NCBI GenBank assembly: GCA_036166355.1
Contig: JAYZHR010000137.1
Coordinates: forward strand, 47 to 64,046
Reading direction: 5' to 3'
From: Verrucomicrobiota bacterium
Lineage (GTDB): Bacteria > Verrucomicrobiota > Verrucomicrobiia > Limisphaerales > UBA1096
Length of the DNA stretch: 64,000 nt
The notes beneath the pieces are model-generated. The model saw only the letters and a list, made by a program, of their open reading frames with translations, searched no databases and was not told the DNA's origin. This document shows, piece after piece, positions 56,396-64,000 of this stretch (position 1 is the first letter of the stretch; every line of letters starts with the position of its first letter). The position numbers were made by a program, and so were the translations under genes.

Positions 56396-57985
56396 ATGAA
56401 AAAGAATCGAATCATCATTTTTGATACGACACTTCGCGATGGCGAACAGTGTCCCGGTGCTTCTATGACGCTACGAGAGAAACTTGAGGTAGCACGTCAA
56501 CTAGCGCGTCTTAAAGTTGATGTTATTGAGGGCGGTTTTCCTGTGATTAGTGAGGGAGATTTCACTGCAGTCAATACCATCGCTAAAGAAATTAAGGGGC
56601 CGACTATTGCGGGTTTGGCCCGATGTGTTCCTAAGGATATTGAAGCTGCGGGTAAGGCAGTGGCTCCTGCTGGTAGCAAGGGGCGTATTCACGTTTTTTT
56701 GGCTACTTCTAAGTTGCATCGTGAATTCAAGCTTGGAAAGGCGCAGAGTCAAATCATTAAGCTTGCAGTTGAAGGTGTTAAGCGAGCTCGTAAGCTTGTT
56801 GATGACGTTGAGTTTTCTCCCGAAGATGGTTCGAGAACCGAGCCGGATTTTCTTGCAGAGGTTTGTCAAGCTGTGGTGGATGCCGGGGCCACCACGGTTA
56901 ATATTCCTGATACGGTTGGGTGGGCAGTGCCTGGACAATTTGGTGAACTAATTGGTCATCTTAACTCTTCTGTTCCAGAGTTTAAATCTGGTAAAGCTAT
57001 TATTAGTGTTCATTGTCATAATGATCTTGGTATGGCGGTTGCTAATTCTTTAGCCGCTATTGAGAATGGAGCGCGTCAAATCGAGTGTACTGTAAATGGA
57101 ATCGGTGAACGTGCTGGTAATGCTGCACTCGAAGAGTTAGTCATGGCTTTAAAAACTAGAGAGGATTATTATAAGAACCTTAAGTGCGGAATTAAAACTA
57201 ACGAGATTGTTAAATCGTCTAGACTAGTTTCGCGTATGAGTAGTTTTGTTGTTCAGCGAAACAAAGCGATTGTTGGAGAGAATGCCTTTGCGCATTCTAG
57301 TGGCATTCATCAGGATGGGATCATCAAGAAGCGTGAAACTTATGAGATTATGGATCCACAGGATGTTGGCTGGGGTCAGACTGAATTGCCATTGACCAAA
57401 CATAGTGGAAGGGCTGCTATGGCCATGCGACTTAAACACCTTGGATTCAAGCTTACTGATGATGAAATTATTAATGTGTTTGGTCGTTTCAAGGAAATAG
57501 GTGACAAAAAGAAATTTGTTTATGACGACGATCTTAGCGCATTAGTTGATGGTCAGATAACTAAGGTGCCAGAGACCTGGTTAATGGAGTATGTAAACGT
57601 TACAAGTGGAAACCAGACTGTGCCAACGGCAACTGTTCGCTTGCGAAAGGCTGCTTCCGGAAGAGCCAAAAAAGATGTAGTTCTAGAGGATGCTGGTGTC
57701 GGTGATGGTCCGGTTGATGCTGCCCTTAAGGCAATCGATCGCCTTACAGAAACTCATGGCAGGTTGAAAGATTATGCACTGCGAGGTGTATCTCAAGGCA
57801 AGGACGCTCTAGGTGAAGTTAGCCTTAAGGTGGATTTTGGCGATGGAGAACTAATTAACGGAAAAGGTGCTAGTACTGATGTAATTGAGGCTAGCGCAAA
57901 GGCATATCTAAATGCTGTTAATCGATACTTAAGCAATAAAAGGCGAAAGAAGACTGCAAAGAAAAAAGCCAAGGGCCAGCCATGA
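56396..57985 (+). CDS. leuA: 2-isopropylmalate synthase
   Basis: MKKNRIIIFDTTLRDGEQ, HCHNDLGMAVANSLAA, GERAGNAALEE, HSSGIHQDG and a C-terminal LeuA allosteric domain. The track start 56342 lies inside the terminator hairpin, so ATG 56396 is preferred. Confidence 0.9.
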   Translation: MKKNRIIIFDTTLRDGEQCPGASMTLREKLEVARQLARLKVDVIEGGFPVISEGDFTAVNTIAKEIKGPTIAGLARCVPKDIEAAGKAVAPAGSKGRIHVFLATSKLHREFKLGKAQSQIIKLAVEGVKRARKLVDDVEFSPEDGSRTEPDFLAEVCQAVVDAGATTVNIPDTVGWAVPGQFGELIGHLNSSVPEFKSGKAIISVHCHNDLGMAVANSLAAIENGARQIECTVNGIGERAGNAALEELVMALKTREDYYKNLKCGIKTNEIVKSSRLVSRMSSFVVQRNKAIVGENAFAHSSGIHQDGIIKKRETYEIMDPQDVGWGQTELPLTKHSGRAAMAMRLKHLGFKLTDDEIINVFGRFKEIGDKKKFVYDDDLSALVDGQITKVPETWLMEYVNVTSGNQTVPTATVRLRKAASGRAKKDVVLEDAGVGDGPVDAALKAIDRLTETHGRLKDYALRGVSQGKDALGEVSLKVDFGDGELINGKGASTDVIEASAKAYLNAVNRYLSNKRRKKTAKKKAKGQP

Positions 57986-58030
57986 TGATTACTTCGCTAA
58001 AGCCTTGCTTAATTTCGTTTAAATAGAAAC

Positions 58031-60061
58031 CTATCCGTATGGATCGAAGCTTTGAAGGTTCCATTCTTCGACGAGAACATTTCCAATTTCGTTAATGAAT
58101 CGGGAAGGCTGTTGAAATGTTTCACCTCCAGATCCGTGCATAAAGCGCATTAATGGATAACTGAGATACAGTTCTGTTTTTGCTCGGGTGACTGCTACAT
58201 AGAATAATCGCCTTTCTTCTTCTTCACCCTCAGGGCTTTCTATTGCTCTTTTAGATGGAAATAGTCCATCGCATAGCATCATTACAAATACTACTTCAAA
58301 TTCTAGACCTTTGGCTTGATGGATAGTGGATAAGCGAATTTGTTCGGGATCTGATTGGGTATCACGGTTTGCCTCACTGTCTAAATTACTTAGAAGAGCC
58401 AGTTCACTGAGGAATTCTTCTGTTGTTTCATACTGGTCTGCGAAGCCAGCGACCTGTTCGAGATCTTCGAGTCGTGAATAGTAGTTTGGAAACTTGTTTT
58501 GAAGATAATCCTCGTAGCCAGCAGCTACCACCAAGCGGATTAGGTGTCCTGGTCCTTTATTTTGTCCATCTTCTAGTTGAGAGACGTTTTCTGCAAATTG
58601 TTCCCACTCTGATATGGCTTTTTTGGGAACAGACCTAGTGAGTTCTTGTATTATTTTAGCTAAGTCAGGTTTCAGGGTAATCTCGTCTTCCAATGCAGCT
58701 TTGTATAATTTCCATAGTTTATCTGCAGACTTGATTCCTATTCCTGGAAGCATAAGGACAATGCGCTTAAATGCCATTTCGTCTTTCTGATTGGAAACTA
58801 CTTTAAGGTAGGCGGCTACGTCCTTAATGTGAGATTGTTCGAAAAATCTTATACCGCTTGTGATTGTAAAGGGGATGTTGCGCCGTGTGAATTCAAGCTG
58901 TAACTCGAGTGCATGAAAGTGAGATCTGTATAACACTACCATATTTTCTAGAAGTATTCCTTCATCACGTAGTTCAAGTGCCCGCTGGGCAATGAATTCA
59001 GCCTGTTGATTGGCATCATTACATGAGACTAGTGCTGGTTTCATCCCGTTTTTTTTCACTGGTGTAAGTTTTTTCTCAAACTGCTGGGGATTTCCAGCGA
59101 TTACAGCATTTGCACAATTAAGAATTTCTGGAGTGCTGCGGTAGTTTGTTTCAATCTTGAAAACTTGTGTGCCTTCGTGACGTTCAGGGAATTCAAGGAT
59201 ATTACGGTAGTTAGCACCTCGCCATGAATAGATACTTTGTGAATCATCGCCTACAGCCATGATATTATGGTGTCGATTTCCAAGTTGATCGATTAATTCA
59301 CACTGTACTTGATTTGTGTCTTGATATTCATCAACAAGAATAAATTGAAATTTAGTTTGAAAATAATCTCGAGCTTCATTGTTTTCACGAAGCAGTCTTA
59401 ACCATTGGTTGAGTAGGTCATCGAAGTCCATTACTCCGTTTGATTTTTTGCGCTTTGAGTATGCATCGTGAACCTTGGCAATGTCTTCGGTTAAGTTTTC
59501 GAAATAAAAGTATCGTTCTTGCATTACCCTCTCAAGATTCATCCCTGTATTAATTGACATAGATAGAATGTCACATAGCAAGTCTGGCTTTGGAAATCGT
59601 GTTGCTTTGGTGTCTATTTCAGCATCAGTGCAGGCCATGCTCATTAGGTCTTTGGCATCCTCACGGTCCATTATAGTAAATGTTGATGGGTATCCAATCA
59701 CCTCCGCGTTACGTCGTAAAATACGGTGTCCAACCGAGTGGAATGTGCCGCCCCAAAGACTAGATGTATCACCACCGATCAAGTCTTGAACACGTTCCAT
59801 CATTTCTTTTGCAGCTTTATTAGTGAATGTCAAAAGAAGGATGCGATCAATCGGGATGCCTTGTTCTAGTAGATATGCCACACGATAAGTCAGGGTTCGG
59901 GTTTTGCCGGCTCCAGCTCCAGCCAAAACCAAAGCCGGCCCTGGCGTAGCCGTTACAGCGGCAAGTTGCTGGGCGTTTAGTTCCGATTCGTAATCGATAT
60001 TTAGTTCGATCGATGAACGGAATGGCTTAATATTGTACTCTTTAGGCACGTGCAAATTCAA
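58031..60061 (-). CDS. UvrD/PcrA/Rep-family ATP-dependent DNA helicase
   Basis: LNAQQLAAV, AGAGAGKTRTLTYRVAYLL (Walker A), ILVDEYQDTN, the NYRS segment, TIHQAKGLEF and YVAVTRAK helicase motifs. TTG start. Confidence 0.85.
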   Translation of the reverse strand: MNLHVPKEYNIKPFRSSIELNIDYESELNAQQLAAVTATPGPALVLAGAGAGKTRTLTYRVAYLLEQGIPIDRILLLTFTNKAAKEMMERVQDLIGGDTSSLWGGTFHSVGHRILRRNAEVIGYPSTFTIMDREDAKDLMSMACTDAEIDTKATRFPKPDLLCDILSMSINTGMNLERVMQERYFYFENLTEDIAKVHDAYSKRKKSNGVMDFDDLLNQWLRLLRENNEARDYFQTKFQFILVDEYQDTNQVQCELIDQLGNRHHNIMAVGDDSQSIYSWRGANYRNILEFPERHEGTQVFKIETNYRSTPEILNCANAVIAGNPQQFEKKLTPVKKNGMKPALVSCNDANQQAEFIAQRALELRDEGILLENMVVLYRSHFHALELQLEFTRRNIPFTITSGIRFFEQSHIKDVAAYLKVVSNQKDEMAFKRIVLMLPGIGIKSADKLWKLYKAALEDEITLKPDLAKIIQELTRSVPKKAISEWEQFAENVSQLEDGQNKGPGHLIRLVVAAGYEDYLQNKFPNYYSRLEDLEQVAGFADQYETTEEFLSELALLSNLDSEANRDTQSDPEQIRLSTIHQAKGLEFEVVFVMMLCDGLFPSKRAIESPEGEEEERRLFYVAVTRAKTELYLSYPLMRFMHGSGGETFQQPSRFINEIGNVLVEEWNLQSFDPYG

Positions 60062-60117
60062 ACGTTCAGGTGCTTTGCCAAACGAGATAAATTGTTAATT
60101 GTTTCTTCTGAAATAGT

Positions 60118-60540
60118 TTACGGTGTTAAGTTTGTGAATGGTGTCCATGGTATATTTCGGAGGATTCCGTAAACAAGCATCATCCCTATAATGGAGAAAA
60201 TCAGTTTCACGTTACCAAATAAGGAATGAAATTTTTCAGCTCGTTTTATTGCTAGGATGTATCGGCTGTAATCTGTAATTGAGATGGTTAGTAATGCAAT
60301 TACCCCAGGGTTTAGTCTTAGTGCTTCTAACACATTACCATGAGTTAAATTAAACAAGGCTCGGGTCGAACCGCATCCTGGACATGAATAACCAGTAGCT
60401 TTATAGAAAGTACACTTTGGAAAAAATGAATATTCACTTGGATTGAGATAAAAAAGTGCCACGGCCCCGCCAATTGCAATTAATGGTACTCCAAAAGTAA
60501 TGAAAGGACGTGCATGCGGCATTTTTGTAAGACTTTCCAA
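60118..60540 (-). CDS. DUF2752 domain-containing membrane protein
   Basis: CTFYKATGYSCPGCGSTRA (the CPxCGxTR hallmark) flanked by TM helices. Confidence 0.75.
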   Translation of the reverse strand: MESLTKMPHARPFITFGVPLIAIGGAVALFYLNPSEYSFFPKCTFYKATGYSCPGCGSTRALFNLTHGNVLEALRLNPGVIALLTISITDYSRYILAIKRAEKFHSLFGNVKLIFSIIGMMLVYGILRNIPWTPFTNLTP

Positions 60541-60542
60541 AA

Positions 60543-61577
60543 TTATCCTGTTAAATCCTGTAATTTACGTTTTGCTAAGCCATCTTCAATGACTGAAGCG
60601 GCCATCTCCCATCCTTCCAATGCCGAGTCAGTTTTCGCGGCAACAAATAGTGCGTGCGCAGCATTTAACAATACTGCGTCTCGTCGAGGGCCGCGGTCTT
60701 CACCTGAAAGAATTGCCTTAATAGTTGCTGCATTCTCTTTCGCATCTCCTCCTTTAAGATCTTCCAGTGTTGCTGGTTGTAGAGGGAACAATTCCGGTTC
60801 ATTTGTACTTACTGTGAAACCACGATCCTGATAAAATTCAGCAATGGTATTTTCACCAAGTGTTGATAGTTCATCCATTGCGCCTTCTCCAACACGTCCG
60901 TTAACAACCATCCCTCTTCGGATACCAATGGACTGAAGCACTCTGCCAATCGGTTCGCAAAGTTTGTCGTTAGGGACTCCGATTAACTGAGAAGTGGGTC
61001 GTGCAGGATTTAAAAGTGGTCCGAGAAAATTAAACACAGTCCTTTGTCCTCGTTCGGCACATAATTTACGCGCTGCCATGATATGTTTGAACGCAGGGTG
61101 ATAGCCAGGTGCAAATATGAATGCGAACTTATGATCCTTTAGGCTATTGGCGACTTGCTCAGGTGTTAGGTCGGTCGGAATGCCAAGTGCTGCTAAAACG
61201 TCTGCGCTGCCAGCCTTGGAGGTTATGGCACGGTTGCCATGCTTGGCAACCGTTACTCCAGTTGCCGCAGCAATGATGGCTACTGTGGTGGAAATGTTAA
61301 ATGTTCCAAGTTTGTCGCCACCGGTGCCACAAACATCAAGCATTTCACGGTTGCGTGTTTCAGTATCAACAGGTACCGGTAAAGCCTTGTCTCGCAGTTC
61401 GTTTGCAAATGCGGCGATTTCCTCTGGAGTCTCACCCTTATTAGCTAGTGCTGTTAGGAAATCAGCTTTAGATTCCGGAGTTAATGCTTCATTTGTCAGT
61501 CCTCCAATTGCGTCGTGCACTTGTTCGACGGTAAGTGATTCTCCGTTGCTCAAATGTTTGGTTAAGGCGTCTAACAT
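60543..61577 (-). CDS. trpD: anthranilate phosphoribosyltransferase
   Basis: DVCGTGGDKLGTFNISTTVA, KHGNRAITSKAGSADVL and FAPGYHPAFKH motifs, with typical length. Confidence 0.9.
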   Translation of the reverse strand: MLDALTKHLSNGESLTVEQVHDAIGGLTNEALTPESKADFLTALANKGETPEEIAAFANELRDKALPVPVDTETRNREMLDVCGTGGDKLGTFNISTTVAIIAAATGVTVAKHGNRAITSKAGSADVLAALGIPTDLTPEQVANSLKDHKFAFIFAPGYHPAFKHIMAARKLCAERGQRTVFNFLGPLLNPARPTSQLIGVPNDKLCEPIGRVLQSIGIRRGMVVNGRVGEGAMDELSTLGENTIAEFYQDRGFTVSTNEPELFPLQPATLEDLKGGDAKENAATIKAILSGEDRGPRRDAVLLNAAHALFVAAKTDSALEGWEMAASVIEDGLAKRKLQDLTG

Positions 61578-61691
61578 GTGCGAGATAATACGCGTTATAC
61601 CGGTGCTTGGCCAAGCGGCATTTTAAATTCTAACATTTCTCCATTTTTCTCTCTCGTTCTTTATACGAAGCCGTGAAAAACTCGTCCAAGC

Positions 61692-62669
61692 GTGAGCGTA
61701 AATGATAAAAAAATAGTTTTGCCTGGTGGGAGTGGCTATATCGGTCATCATTTATCGCGATACTTTGCCGAAAAAGGTTGGAGTGTTGTTGTATTAAGCC
61801 GAAGCGAGGGGGAATTGTCTGACCATGTTCGTTATGTTTGGTGGGATGGGGTTAATCTTGATGCTTGGGCTGATGAAATAGATGGAGCAAACGTTGTCGT
61901 CAATCTTGCTGGACGCTCTGTTAATTGTCGTTATGGAAAAAAGAATAGAAAACAAATATATGATTCGCGTGACTTTTCTACACAAGTTGTCGGCAAGGCG
62001 ATTGCTAAGGCTAATCAGCCTCCGAGTTTATGGCTCAATGCTAGTTCGGCGACAATTTATAGGCATTCGTTAGATAGTCCTATGGACGAAACCACTGGTG
62101 AGATTGACTTTGTTGAGCCCGGTAATCCAAAGGATAAATGGGAATTTTCAGTGGATGTTGTTAATCGGTGGGAACAGGCACTGTTTAATGCGGATACCCC
62201 CGGGACAAGACGTATTGCTATGCGGCTTTCAATGGTATTTGGGACTGGGAAGGGTGGGGTGTATGAAGCTTTTCGAAACATTGCTCGTTTGGGGCTTAGT
62301 GGAACGCAGGGTTCAGGTAATCAATTTGTTAGTTGGTTACACATGGAAGATTTTTTGAGGATGATCGATTGGTGTATCGGAAATGAATCTATCAAGGGTC
62401 CGATTAATATGTGTGCACCAAAACCATTGCCAAATCGTGAATTCCTGAAAGCTCTGCGTATTGCATGTGGGGCAAAGTTGGGATTGCCTTCCAAATCGTG
62501 GATGTTGGAAATAGGGGCATTCTTTATGCGGACAGAAACTGAGTTATTGCTTAAAAGCCGTAAAGTTATTCCAGGAAAGCTCCTTGAATCTGGTTTCAAG
62601 TTTACTTATCCGGACTGGCCAGAAGCGGTTCAAGCTATTGAGGCTGTTTGGTCCAATGACAAGAAATAA
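61692..62669 (+). CDS. TIGR01777-family (YfcH/SDR39U1-like) NAD-dependent epimerase/dehydratase with DUF1731 C-terminus
   Basis: VLPGGSGYIGHHLSRYF Rossmann motif, the VVNLAGRSV segment, GSGNQFVSWLHMEDF and a C-terminal P..LLESGFKFTYP. Confidence 0.85.
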   Translation: MSVNDKKIVLPGGSGYIGHHLSRYFAEKGWSVVVLSRSEGELSDHVRYVWWDGVNLDAWADEIDGANVVVNLAGRSVNCRYGKKNRKQIYDSRDFSTQVVGKAIAKANQPPSLWLNASSATIYRHSLDSPMDETTGEIDFVEPGNPKDKWEFSVDVVNRWEQALFNADTPGTRRIAMRLSMVFGTGKGGVYEAFRNIARLGLSGTQGSGNQFVSWLHMEDFLRMIDWCIGNESIKGPINMCAPKPLPNREFLKALRIACGAKLGLPSKSWMLEIGAFFMRTETELLLKSRKVIPGKLLESGFKFTYPDWPEAVQAIEAVWSNDKK

Positions 62670-62680
62670 AGCAAATATAT

Positions 62681-63106
62681 ATGAAAGATTTAATTATGAG
62701 CCCGAAAGATAAACCATTCATTCTTATAGCACGAGTTAGGGTGTTGCCTGGTAAAGTTGAAGATTATCTCAAAATTGCTGCAGTAGTAGATGCTGAGGTC
62801 GAAAAAACAGAACCTGGGATGCTTTTTCATAATTTTGATGCTGATCCTACTGATTCGTTGCAGTTCACATGGACTGAGCTTTATCGGGATAACAATTCAC
62901 TCATTAAGCATCTTAATAATCCGCCAGTTCAGGATTATGTGCAAAAACACCTTGAATTGGCAGAGAGTATAGAGGTTGAGATATATGGGACACTCGATGA
63001 TAAGACCATTGAATATTTAACTTTGGTCTGGGGTGAGGCTGGAATCCCATTCAAGTACTTTAAAAGCACTCGGGTAGGTTATGTCCGAGATTCAATACTC
63101 GGATGA
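62681..63106 (+). CDS. ABM/Dabb-fold (antibiotic biosynthesis monooxygenase-like) protein
   Basis: The ferredoxin-like beta-alpha-beta pattern FILIARVRVLPGKVEDYLKIAA...EPGMLFHNF...FTWTELYRDNNSLIKHL is typical of ABM domains. Confidence 0.5.
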   Translation: MKDLIMSPKDKPFILIARVRVLPGKVEDYLKIAAVVDAEVEKTEPGMLFHNFDADPTDSLQFTWTELYRDNNSLIKHLNNPPVQDYVQKHLELAESIEVEIYGTLDDKTIEYLTLVWGEAGIPFKYFKSTRVGYVRDSILG

Positions 63107-63140
63107 GAGTTAAACATGTTTTTATGTTAGAACTATGAGT

Positions 63141-63623
63141 TTATTCAGTAATTTTAAATATTTCTTTAATTCGTGAAGAACGATAATCAAAGATTCGTTT
63201 CAGCTGTAGGCTTACAACTGGAAACATTATTTCTCCAATCGGAAACATGGGCAGGCGATATTCTACTTTGTCTCTAATGAATACTCCATTTTCTTTTGGT
63301 TCGAAAAGATGAGTGTGAACCCATTTTGCATAAGGGCCTTTTAGTTGCTCATCTACAAAAATTTCCTCTGGTTCCCATTTCGAAATAAGCGTCTTCCAGT
63401 AGAAATTAAAACCAAATAATCGAATTCTATAATCAATCAGCGTCCCTTTTTGCATAATTATCGGCAAGGGAGTGATAATACTAAAATTCAATTCAGGTGG
63501 GGTAATTAGTTCAAGATTTTGTGCATTAGAAAAGAAAGCGAAAACCTCTTCTATTTCCCCATGCACAAAAGTTTCTGTCTTAAGATAATGATTAGGTAAT
63601 TCCATTATTTGAAGAGCTTCCAA
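63141..63623 (-). CDS. SRPBCC-family (START/Bet v1-like) ligand-binding protein
   Basis: 160 aa. The pattern F.FFSNAQNLELITPP...W.H.H.F is typical of SRPBCC proteins, which are often found next to or fused with TIGR01777 genes. Confidence 0.55.
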   Translation of the reverse strand: MEALQIMELPNHYLKTETFVHGEIEEVFAFFSNAQNLELITPPELNFSIITPLPIIMQKGTLIDYRIRLFGFNFYWKTLISKWEPEEIFVDEQLKGPYAKWVHTHLFEPKENGVFIRDKVEYRLPMFPIGEIMFPVVSLQLKRIFDYRSSRIKEIFKITE

Positions 63624-63807
63624 TATTGCGCTGAAAATGTAATATTTCTCAACCGATAAGAGGAGATATTGCTTTTAAAACAATAATAACTCTTACGGAT
63701 GCTCATAAAATAGAGCTTATAAATAGGTTTCTTCCTCGCAAGGTAATATATGGAGATGATTCAGAAGCCTATGACTACGTCCATCCAGATGGTTTGTAAT
63801 TTAATAT

Positions 63808-63894
63808 TGGTGCACTCGAAAGGACTCGAACCTTCACGCCTTTAGGGGCACAACCACCTCAAGGTTGCGTGTCTACCAATTCCACCACGAGTGC
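63808..63894 (-). tRNA. tRNA-Leu (anticodon GAG), type II with long variable arm, CCA encoded
   Basis: The reverse complement reads GCACTCG-TG-GTG-GAATTGGTAGA-CAC-G-CAACC-TTGAGGT-GGTTG-TGCCCCTAAAGGCGTG-GAAGG-TTCGAGT-CCTTT-CGAGTGC-A-CCA. It has a 7-bp acceptor stem, a GGTTCGAGTCC T-arm and an anticodon loop TT-GAG-GT. Confidence 0.9.
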
Positions 63895-64000
63895 ACCTGA
63901 GGGGCGGACAACGTGCAAAATAGTGATCGGTTTTACAAGCGGTTTTTTGGTTTATTTTATTTTAAGATTTTCAGTTGATTGGTTTGGCAGTTTGGCGTTG

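Noticed and set aside
58031-60061. UvrD/PcrA-type helicase considered as part of a defence system
   Set aside because: It is a lone helicase with all the standard SF1 motifs. It is flanked by leuA, a DUF2752 gene and trpD, with no nuclease, methylase, ATPase or other partner genes, so it is most simply the housekeeping repair helicase.
61578-61691. Searched the trpD upstream region for a Trp-rich leader peptide or attenuator analogous to the leuA one
   Set aside because: Only tiny ORFs without Trp codons are present (MEKC, MPLGQAPV), along with a 10-bp palindrome CTTGGCCAAG that has no U-tract. There is no attenuator-like architecture.
63808-63894. tRNA-Leu considered as an integration hotspot or genomic-island boundary
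   Set aside because: There is no integrase, no direct repeat of the tRNA 3' end and no obvious compositional break within the visible flanks. The window ends 106 bp beyond the tRNA, so this cannot be assessed further.
1-64000. Scan for CRISPR arrays, IS elements and transposases, integrases, toxin-antitoxin pairs, restriction-modification or other known defence modules
   Set aside because: No regularly spaced direct repeats, terminal inverted repeats or DDE/tyrosine-recombinase-like ORFs were seen. All intergenic gaps are under about 230 bp apart from the 23584-24026 gap, which turned out to be coding.

Overview
This is a 64-kb, moderately AT-rich chromosomal window that is almost fully coding, with about 55 protein genes, one tRNA and no rRNA. 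Gene content points to a member of the PVC superphylum (Verrucomicrobiota/Planctomycetota-like). The lineage markers are a DUF1552 fragment, a DUF1549/DUF1553 + DUF1501 pair, two PVC-type beta-propeller dehydrogenase-HEAT-cytochrome c (CxxCH) proteins, three prepilin-like HX9DG proteins, ThuA-like proteins and a MoxR-DUF58-BatA-like operon. Housekeeping genes are glyQS, sdhCAB, proB, mazG, hemW, leuA, trpD, yaaA, a UvrD/PcrA-type helicase and tRNA-Leu(GAG). They are interleaved with accessory blocks: a putative sugar-acid/amino-compound catabolic island (3.5-12.7 kb), a secreted hydrolase/esterase/pseudopilin block (12.7-20.2 kb) and a ThuA/M29-like/cytochrome c/methyltransferase operon (20.3-27.0 kb). 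I saw no CRISPR array, IS element, integrase, recognisable defence system or transcription factor. The main signals not explained by the ORF track are four. (1) A start-less discoidin-domain reading frame links a ThuA gene to the downstream dehydrogenase/cytochrome c gene across an A11 slippery run, implying a frameshift or programmed slippage. (2) A leucine-rich leader peptide with alternative antiterminator/terminator hairpins lies upstream of leuA, giving a classical-style attenuator in a PVC genome. (3) A lipoprotein fuses a beta-lactamase-fold (AmiE-like) domain to a DUF1343/NamZ-like domain. (4) A standalone OvoA-C-terminal-like methyltransferase is translationally coupled (TAATG) to the cytochrome c protein. 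All functional calls come from motif recognition by eye; no database search was run.
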